Shown here piece by piece: positions 28,925-36,413 of a stretch of DNA of 59,585 nt. The DNA lies in IMG/VR virus record IMGVR_UViG_3300023213_000518, positions 1 to 59,585 of that record; one strand, given 5' to 3'. Position numbers and translations under genes: made by a program. Each line of letters starts with the position of its first letter. Positions within the stretch are counted from its first letter, which is position 1. Under the pieces are notes generated by a model. That model made no database searches, was not told where the DNA came from, and worked only from the letters and a program-made list of their open reading frames with translations. This DNA comes from a virus. Its lineage: Duplodnaviria; Caudoviricetes.

Positions 28925-29816
28925 CAACTACCTCACGTTATTCGGTACTCTCCCGCCTTTTGGTTCTTTTCAGCCCGTCGTTACAACTCCACTAATACAA
29001 ATCTTTCTATCGCTACGTTACCAGCCTTTATTCCCGAATCTTTCACAGCGCGCGATACAATCACTCTAGGTAAATTCTCTCCTGTTAGACGATACCATCA
29101 CTGCCTCCAAATCTTTCCGTAATATCGTTACAAACCACTTGGGCAAATCTTTCAAAGCCCCCGATACTTTCATCTCTCTTTTCTAATCTTTCAGGAGTCA
29201 CGATACTTGACCTGATTCGACGAATCTTTCGCTTTTTACGACACAAACAAGCCCCAAGCAAATCTCTCATAGATAACGATACACACTTCCAAGACGAATC
29301 TTTCTCATTTCAACGAAACAAACAAACCTTATCAAATCTTTCATCCGGAACGATACTAAACGCACTTATCGAATCTTTCTCAGAACACGAGACCTTCGCG
29401 GCCCTTCAAATCTTTTTGTGCTAGCATAGCAAACGAGACCTTTGAATCTTTCACTTCTCCAGATACATTCGTGCCTATCAAATCTTTCTTCTGACACGTT
29501 ACAAACATAGGTTACAAATCTTTCGTCTCGTATGGTACTACACGTTGCACGCGAATCTCTCACCTTTGCAGTTACAACTCCACCTGCAACGGAATCTTTC
29601 ATCATCTCCGTAACTAACTAGATATTGCGAATCTTTCGTCCTCTTCGACAAAATCATTTTTGCCAAATCTTTCGTCTCTCACAATACACTTCGCTCTTTT
29701 CAAATCTCTCGCGTCTTTCGAAACAAATCGTACATGACAAATCTTTCTCCATTCACGTTACAGATTTCCGAAAACGAATCTTTCTTTTCGATACACTTAT
29801 GCCCACCAAATCCGTC
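28925..29816. repeat. dual-motif interspaced array: 22 clear ~37-bp units plus degenerate end units (TIGR-like architecture)
   Basis: plus-strand unit CRAATCTTTC-N8-CGWTAC-N12-15; period 36-39 bp, mean 37.0 from 28998 to 29775; variable segments all differ. Confidence 0.93.
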
Positions 29817-29824
29817 TTGTTAAG

Positions 29825-30358
29825 TCACCAAGGAAAGCCTCTATACCGTCTACGACAGAGAATGCTGTTGCGTGAAATCAATTCCTGCTTTTGTTTTACA
29901 ATTTTCGCATAGGATTTCAGAAAAGAATTTATTTGGCCTGTTTCGACTTCGAGTTTTACCTGCTCGGAACCAAGCATGGCCAACTGTTCGTCTCTTTGTT
30001 TCTGCTTCCAATTCAATTCAAGCTCATCGTTGGGATAGCGCTTTTTTAGTTCCTGCTGAAGAACCGTCTCGGCATGCTGACCGGTCAGAGTCGAAAGACG
30101 GGCACCGAAAACAGGAACATGTTTTAGCTTTGGAGACATCAACCGTCGGTAGAAACTGACCAGTATCTGAACGACCTCGTCCAGCTCGACGTGGTACTTC
30201 TCAGCCCAAAGCTGAAAGACCAACAGACGAAGCTGGTCTTCAGGATTCCTCAACTTCCAGAGCTGACACTGGAAGTGTTTTTGCAAGGCTTTGTCCACAT
30301 CGTACTGGACGGCAAAAACTTTTCGCCTTAAAATCTTTTCTTCTTTACCTGTGTCCAT
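29825..30358 (-). CDS. array-adjacent hypothetical protein (177 aa)
   Basis: helical, basic C-terminus CRRRYRGFPW; stop codon 9 bp from array edge. Confidence 0.75.
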   Translation of the reverse strand: MDTGKEEKILRRKVFAVQYDVDKALQKHFQCQLWKLRNPEDQLRLLVFQLWAEKYHVELDEVVQILVSFYRRLMSPKLKHVPVFGARLSTLTGQHAETVLQQELKKRYPNDELELNWKQKQRDEQLAMLGSEQVKLEVETGQINSFLKSYAKIVKQKQELISRNSILCRRRYRGFPW

Positions 30359-30628
30359 ATATGTATATAGATAGTATCAGTTCAATTATACATATCTTTT
30401 AGGCGGCCAAGCTTTCTGACCTCAAACGGGCCGTCCTGTTCCAGTACTCATATTGCCTAAACTTCTGATACAAAGACTGTCTCTGTGTATTGGTGAAGGC
30501 CACACCCAGCATAATCTAAAACATCTTTTTCTCCCCATCGTTTCAAGCTACGGTTATAGCAATCAACTTTCATGTCCATGATGTAAACGCGAGGCTGTTT
30601 CAGCCTACGAGTTTTCTTTTTGGCCATT

Positions 30629-32218
30629 TTAGGCAACAGCCTCCTCTTTCACAGACAACTTATCGATCAGCTTTTTCAGCTCTAGTTCGGCTCTGTCAAA
30701 GATGTACGATGGGTTCATCAGATAACTGGCACGACCTGAGACGATTTTCCTACTCTTCAAGGCAGCTCTACGGTTTCTGGCAGCCATTTCAAACCGGTGC
30801 GTTCCTTCTCCGTTTGGAGACTTATCGGAAATGTCAAAGTAGAGAAGGCCACTCTTTCCTTCACACATTCGGACGCCGCGACCGTACTTCTGCACGGCGT
30901 CGTTTTTCGAACGCATTGCAGCAGCATCGATGATGACGTCAACTATTTTTATGTCTATTCCTTTTTTGAAAACTTTGTTGGTAATAATCAGACGAACGTC
31001 ACCTTCTTCGAATTGCTTTTTTGAGCTAAGACGCTCATCAACCTTCTTTTGGCCAGAGATGACTCTGTGGTCAACGTCACTTAGAGAGCTGTGTAACAGC
31101 TCGATGTGCTTTAGACGTTCAACCAACACAATGACGTGTTTGTCTCTTTTGATAGCCTCACGCACAAGACTGCAGACCAGATTCAATCGTTTTTTATTGT
31201 GTACGATGGCAGAGGCATATTCTTTTTGAGCCTTACCCATGAAAAAGCCTCTGGTCTTTTGAAAATCGTTTTCGAAGTCAACAAACACAGCCAAACCCGG
31301 AGACAGAAAACCTTCTTGTACGCCTCTCTCAAGGGCGTATTCGAAAATCACAGGGCCACACAAGTTAAAGGCTTGGAGCCTTACACGTGTCTTTCTCAGT
31401 TCGAGGGTGGCCGTCAGGCCAAATACGAGAAGAGGATTTATGGAAGCAACGGTCTGGAAATTTCTACGGTTCATTGCCAGATGAACTTCATCTATTACCA
31501 TAACAGCAAGCTTGGAAGACCAAGGACGGAACTTACTATCGTTTCTATGCAGATGCATAGTCTGGACGGTTGCGACTGTAACCCGTTTCGGGTCAAAGAC
31601 ACCCTTACCGATTTGTCCTACGTCTTCACCCAAAACTTTCGACAATTCGGCTTGTGCTTGTTTCAAAAGAGTAAGTTCGTCGACGATGAAAACACACTGT
31701 CCATCAATACGACTGAAATACATTCCAGCGATGTAGGTCTTCCCCGTGCCAGTAGAGTTGAGAACCAGACCACCACTTTTGACACGCAACATTTGTGCCA
31801 AGCACTCCATTTGATACGGTCTATCCGAAACAACTCCCATCGGTTTTATTTTTGGTGGCTGGCGGAAATCACGAATCATGAAAACGCAATCGGCCTCTTT
31901 TTCAAGCTGTTCCCGCATAGCGAGGAACAAGCCAGACCCCAGAGTGTCTCTCTTCAGCATCTTTATGTAACCATCCCACCCAACCCAAATCTGTTCACCA
32001 AACGTTGACGAGGCAGGATTCTTGTCTAGTTCGTAATGGCCGTACTTGTCTTTCACGAATTCCCAGCCATCGACACGAAACTTCAACTTTTCAACAAGCT
32101 TTACATAAGGATACGGTCGGACGAACAATGCAGTCCGATTTCGAAGAACGACTCCGACTTGTTCCGCCACGGCGTCTTCCTTTTCCAGCGGCTTCTTCCT
32201 ACCCGTGGCCGCCCACAC
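30629..32218 (-). CDS. superfamily 2 DExH helicase (UvsW/Res-like)
   Basis: RPYQ, STGTGKT, DEVH, TAT, GIDI, QKYGRGVR; start may be the GTG of VAEQV. Confidence 0.9.
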   Translation of the reverse strand: MWAATGRKKPLEKEDAVAEQVGVVLRNRTALFVRPYPYVKLVEKLKFRVDGWEFVKDKYGHYELDKNPASSTFGEQIWVGWDGYIKMLKRDTLGSGLFLAMREQLEKEADCVFMIRDFRQPPKIKPMGVVSDRPYQMECLAQMLRVKSGGLVLNSTGTGKTYIAGMYFSRIDGQCVFIVDELTLLKQAQAELSKVLGEDVGQIGKGVFDPKRVTVATVQTMHLHRNDSKFRPWSSKLAVMVIDEVHLAMNRRNFQTVASINPLLVFGLTATLELRKTRVRLQAFNLCGPVIFEYALERGVQEGFLSPGLAVFVDFENDFQKTRGFFMGKAQKEYASAIVHNKKRLNLVCSLVREAIKRDKHVIVLVERLKHIELLHSSLSDVDHRVISGQKKVDERLSSKKQFEEGDVRLIITNKVFKKGIDIKIVDVIIDAAAMRSKNDAVQKYGRGVRMCEGKSGLLYFDISDKSPNGEGTHRFEMAARNRRAALKSRKIVSGRASYLMNPSYIFDRAELELKKLIDKLSVKEEAVA

Positions 32219-32234
32219 GTATATTTTACAATTT

Positions 32235-32741
32235 TCAGTTGGCTGTCCAGTTATGAATTACTCTAGCCTCCATACCTACAGAAGCACCGAATAATGCACG
32301 ACCAGACCAGCGAATCGCTTTAACACGACTATGCTCGGTCTTATACAACAAAAAACTTTCCCCTACAAAGATCGCTGCACCCGTTAAAGCAAGACGTTTA
32401 TCGGACGGATACCTTCCATACAACCAAGTAGTAGCCTCTTCCGTCGTTCCAAAGCATATCGTCTTTTTCTGATGAAAAGAATACGAACAGCCAGCATGAT
32501 GTACACCATTCGCAGTCAGAGCATAATCGGCTGAATACAGCCCCGCCAATACCAGTGATTCAATAACAAAGTTCCGTTTCGAATGTTCAGGAACTTTAAC
32601 GACTGGCTTCACTTTCGAATACTCGAACTTTGAACCTTCAAAATTTACTTTCGGCTTCGGCGTATCTGGCAGCTCATCGGCAAAAGTGACTACAGCTGAA
32701 AAGAGAGACATCAAAAACAAAACCAAGGTCTTCATGTTCAT
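32235..32741 (-). CDS. secreted/membrane protein, LPDxPKPK paralog 1
   Basis: signal peptide, LPDTPKPK, hydrophobic helices; GGAGG RBS. Confidence 0.7.
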   Translation of the reverse strand: MNMKTLVLFLMSLFSAVVTFADELPDTPKPKVNFEGSKFEYSKVKPVVKVPEHSKRNFVIESLVLAGLYSADYALTANGVHHAGCSYSFHQKKTICFGTTEEATTWLYGRYPSDKRLALTGAAIFVGESFLLYKTEHSRVKAIRWSGRALFGASVGMEARVIHNWTAN

Positions 32742-32753
32742 ATCCTCCAAACC

Positions 32754-33236
32754 TCAAAATATAAAAGAAGGACAACTTTTCGTTCCATGTGGATCTAGCT
32801 TAGAGTTACAAACAGCAAGATACGAATGCTGTGCCACTACACTAGAAATCCACAAACGACCTGCCAGCCTAACATATTTATTCTTGTTATGTTCTGTCAG
32901 GTAAAACACACCGACCTGTGTGGCAAAAAATCCTAGATTCGTTACAGCCTGCCTCGATGCGGATGGATGTTTCCCGAATACTGGATTCAATTCTTTCCCA
33001 CCATTATTAAGCAGGATTCGCGTCGTAACTGCATCAGCCGTCTTGGATGCAGCCAAAGCAAAAACCCCAGCCAGAAACACACGGCGGTTTAGTACGGACC
33101 TTTCAACCAATTGCTGACGTGTAACATTCAGAACTTCTGGCTTAGGCTTTGGCGAATCAGGCAAAGCCTTCTCGTCATTAGCCACAACTACTCCTACTAA
33201 CAACAAATTCAAAAACAACAAACATATAACTCTCAT
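32754..33236 (-). CDS. secreted/membrane protein, LPDxPKPK paralog 2
   Basis: signal peptide, LPDSPKPK, AD..TT...GG.ELNP motif; GGAGG RBS. Confidence 0.7.
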   Translation of the reverse strand: MRVICLLFLNLLLVGVVVANDEKALPDSPKPKPEVLNVTRQQLVERSVLNRRVFLAGVFALAASKTADAVTTRILLNNGGKELNPVFGKHPSASRQAVTNLGFFATQVGVFYLTEHNKNKYVRLAGRLWISSVVAQHSYLAVCNSKLDPHGTKSCPSFIF

Positions 33237-33255
33237 CGTTTCCTCCATTTTTGGC

Positions 33256-33290
33256 AAACAAAAAGGCTACCGAATTTCCGGTAGCTTTTG
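33256..33290 (-). terminator. intrinsic terminator-like hairpin
   Basis: AGCTACCG-GAAATT-CGGTAGCC followed by TTTTTGTTT on minus strand. Confidence 0.7.
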
Positions 33291-33322
33291 GACTGCTTCT
33301 GGTCAGCATCAACCGCACCCTA

Positions 33323-33352
33323 ATTATAGTAAATCAATAGTTTTTATGTCAA
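33323..33352 (-). promoter_or_regulatory. sigma70-type promoter TTGACA-N18-TATAAT
   Basis: perfect -35 (33347-33352) and -10 (33323-33328); A-rich upstream element. Confidence 0.85.
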
Positions 33353-33365
33353 GTACTTTCTTTTT

Positions 33366-33653
33366 TTATTTTAGCTGCACAACAACAACAGCAACTGATT
33401 CTTTCCAAGACGCCTCATTAGCAACTTCCTGGCGAAACATATCTAACTGATTTTGCAGATCATCAAACGTGGGTGGATCTACACGTGGACCATCAACAGA
33501 ACCTATTGTCCACGTCTTGTTATGTGTGCTTCCTCCACAAACACCAGACAAATGAAAAACATGCAAATCTTCGGAAGTCTTTTGTCTAAAGCAATGAACT
33601 AGAACATCATGCCCATGCTTCGATTTTACAGCTACAGAGCTAATGTGGTTCAT
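33366..33653 (-). CDS. hypothetical protein at end of tail module
   Basis: 95-aa ORF, GGAG upstream. Confidence 0.6.
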   Translation of the reverse strand: MNHISSVAVKSKHGHDVLVHCFRQKTSEDLHVFHLSGVCGGSTHNKTWTIGSVDGPRVDPPTFDDLQNQLDMFRQEVANEASWKESVAVVVVQLK

Positions 33654-33665
33654 ACATAATACTCC

Positions 33666-36410
33666 TCACTCTATCGCCTCAATCCATATCTCATAAACTC
33701 TCAAGAAAAGAATTCCCGTCTGTGGTCCATTTCCAAGATCCAGAAACACAATTACAAATACCTGCGATAAATTTGTACCTGGTGGCAATACTACTACATC
33801 TGTCCTCTGCGTAAACGTAAATCCTTGCCCATTTGTTGTCCCTATATACTCAACTACACCAAATAAGCCTTCTATTTGTTGTCCCGCTCCATTTACTCCC
33901 CCAACTTGAAAAATTACAGTCCAAGTATTTTGCGCACCCGTAACTGGTGAAATGGTATTTAGGGTTATGGCCCAAGAGATCTTGGCTTTAATAGAAGAAT
34001 AGTTTTTCGACAAGCCCGGTGGTGCGGTAAACTTTTGAAATGCAGCATTAAACGTAGCTCCGCCAGAAGCTGAAAACAGAGAATAGGTTGTGAAATCGCC
34101 ATCTATGGCAGCAAGCGGGGCTTGAACCAACCCATTACCATCTGGAGTAAGTACTTGTTGAAGTGAGAAACCAATTAAGTTCAAATTTCCATACTGTGAA
34201 CCACTACCTCCATCATTATTTCCAGTCGTATCAGGCGCTCCCTGACGTGGCGTAAAACATGAACCAACGAAAAATCTAAACTCACCTTGTAGCGCAGTTT
34301 CTTTTATAGTCGTAGCATTGAATACTTCAGATCCACCTACAAACTCTGGATCATCATAATAGATGTAGTACAACGTATTGTAAGACAAAGAAGTAATCGA
34401 ACCACTAGATATGGATAAATCAGTATTTCCACATCGCATCGTAAAGGCAGCGATATTAATTGTGGCTGTAGAGCCTGCATCATGACCAGTCAATGGATTG
34501 GTCAATGGTCTATACGAACCATGAGATCCCCTAGTAGCTTTATAGATAAAAACATCGTCAAACCGAGCATCCATATAGATGCCAGTTGATCCCGTGTTGA
34601 AAGCAGCACTGGTAGTCGTTATCTGAGCGTTACAATCCAGCTGCAAAAACGCAGCTGTTACTGGCACCGTAACAGTGGCATTCAAAAACTTATAACCACC
34701 ACTAGCACTAGTTATGGAATTCGTTGTCCCACCACCAGCAACACTGTTACCATTTGAGTCAAAGAAATTCAACTGCAGATTAACAGACCCTGTAACACCA
34801 CCGGGCAAAGTCAAGCCAGCATCCCAACGAGCCCATCCACCAAAGTAGTAGTAATCTCCACCACGAACAGGAAACAATTTTGAACGACCCGGATTCGGTG
34901 CATCTCCTGGCCACAACAGATCAGCAGAAATATTTGTACCACTAGCTATGGCCTGACTCTGTGACAACTGAATATGGCCATTCTTCTGACCCGTTCTAGG
35001 ATTCGGGCCCCCATTTTCTACTTCCATCTTAAACTGAACGTTCGAACCTGAAGCAGCTACCCAGCCATCAGCCAACCACTGACCATTACCAAGCTGCAAA
35101 CCGGTGGGATAATTGTTTGTTGCCTTCTCGAAGCTAGGATTGTTTACAAGGTTTGCTCCCGCACTACCGAAACTACTAAGAATCAGTGCTCCATTACTAT
35201 TGAACGATCCAACAAACGTCCACGACTGTCTGTTACCAGAAGTGTCGTAAGCCCGAACCCAAACAGAAGCTACGTCTAAATCCCCAAGAACCAATCGAAC
35301 AGACCCATCGGTAGAGGAAGGCAAATTCGGCGCCTGTGTACTAGCAGGATTGGCCCCGGTATTGTTCGTGAAAAATTCGAACCCAACTAAATCAACTTCC
35401 GTCTGTGTAGGATTCGTCTGTATTACAACACCACTAGAGGATACAGAATCAGTCGGTGCATAAACAGCTACCGGAAAATCTGCGTCTCCTGCCTGAGACG
35501 TAACAAAAGGAGTAAAAACAGACGGCAAGCCTCCAGCTTTTATGTGTACTCTAGCTCTATAGAGATACGTCTGACCAGTAGTAAGGCCTTTTACGTATAA
35601 CGGATCCTGCTGAATCCATGCACCACTCGCCTGAACCCACCTACCAGCAACATGATAAGGCCCTAAAACAAGAGACGATGGTTGTACAGACGGCAACAGA
35701 AAAGCAATCGAGGCACCACCGATAACAGTCGAGCTAGCGTTAGCGGTAATGGTATTCGAACCGATATTACTTATCTCGTCGTTTACTTCAAACTGACTAA
35801 ACAATCCCGTCCTATCAGTTCCACTAAGATTCGACCAAGTTATCCCACCACTATGTCTAACATTTGCGTTGACTATCAATTCATTTGCAGCCGCACACGT
35901 CAAAGTATACGATAGCGTACTACCATTAGTATTAGCAGTAGCTGTAGCATCAACTCCACCTACTTGTCCTGTATACTCCAAAGCAACTACACCAAGCCTA
36001 AACGGGCCCGAAGAGATAGTTACGGTTATGACATTTTGCGTCGATGAGCCAACAACGCCCGACGCATACCAAAAATCTATCTGGTCGCCAAGGCCGTTCC
36101 CGGCGTTTAAAGACGCTCCACGAACATAGTTATTTCCAAACGTATCCTTCACACTCGTAACGTAACTCGACCCGGAAGGTAAAACGATCTGAGCTATAAC
36201 GACAACTATTGTATTTCCTTGTGTATTCCCACCAGAAAAGCTGACTGTACTTTGGGTTGTAACAACACTATTCACATAAGTCGATTTGTTTACCTGCACC
36301 GGTGGGCCTAGAGGCTCTTGTGACCAAACTTCAACTTCGAAATGGTCGAAGAAACGCTCTTGCGTTTGCATGTTGGCGATTATCGCCGTCGACGTTTGTG
36401 TCTGCGCCAT
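33666..36410 (-). CDS. tail fibre / receptor-binding protein with FN3- and CBM-like domains
   Basis: beta-rich G/S/T composition, YLYRAR, WVRAYDTSGN, NLVNNPSFE...FDDV; follows tail tip gene. Confidence 0.65.
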   Translation of the reverse strand: MAQTQTSTAIIANMQTQERFFDHFEVEVWSQEPLGPPVQVNKSTYVNSVVTTQSTVSFSGGNTQGNTIVVVIAQIVLPSGSSYVTSVKDTFGNNYVRGASLNAGNGLGDQIDFWYASGVVGSSTQNVITVTISSGPFRLGVVALEYTGQVGGVDATATANTNGSTLSYTLTCAAANELIVNANVRHSGGITWSNLSGTDRTGLFSQFEVNDEISNIGSNTITANASSTVIGGASIAFLLPSVQPSSLVLGPYHVAGRWVQASGAWIQQDPLYVKGLTTGQTYLYRARVHIKAGGLPSVFTPFVTSQAGDADFPVAVYAPTDSVSSSGVVIQTNPTQTEVDLVGFEFFTNNTGANPASTQAPNLPSSTDGSVRLVLGDLDVASVWVRAYDTSGNRQSWTFVGSFNSNGALILSSFGSAGANLVNNPSFEKATNNYPTGLQLGNGQWLADGWVAASGSNVQFKMEVENGGPNPRTGQKNGHIQLSQSQAIASGTNISADLLWPGDAPNPGRSKLFPVRGGDYYYFGGWARWDAGLTLPGGVTGSVNLQLNFFDSNGNSVAGGGTTNSITSASGGYKFLNATVTVPVTAAFLQLDCNAQITTTSAAFNTGSTGIYMDARFDDVFIYKATRGSHGSYRPLTNPLTGHDAGSTATINIAAFTMRCGNTDLSISSGSITSLSYNTLYYIYYDDPEFVGGSEVFNATTIKETALQGEFRFFVGSCFTPRQGAPDTTGNNDGGSGSQYGNLNLIGFSLQQVLTPDGNGLVQAPLAAIDGDFTTYSLFSASGGATFNAAFQKFTAPPGLSKNYSSIKAKISWAITLNTISPVTGAQNTWTVIFQVGGVNGAGQQIEGLFGVVEYIGTTNGQGFTFTQRTDVVVLPPGTNLSQVFVIVFLDLGNGPQTGILFLRVYEIWIEAIE

Positions 36411-36413
36411 TTC

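Noticed and set aside
28925-29816. Calling the array a CRISPR
   Set aside because: Conserved parts are only 10 and 6 nt, non-palindromic, with two short variable segments per unit; no cas genes recognised.
29085-29912. ORFs 29085..29270, 29366..29605 and 29625..29912 as repeat proteins
   Set aside because: The unit period varies 36-39 bp and shifts frame; the recurring ERF/KD peptides are just translations of the DNA motif.
29825-30358. Naming the adjacent gene a Tas (Nop-domain) protein
   Set aside because: No Nop/IS110-like motifs visible; needs a structure search.
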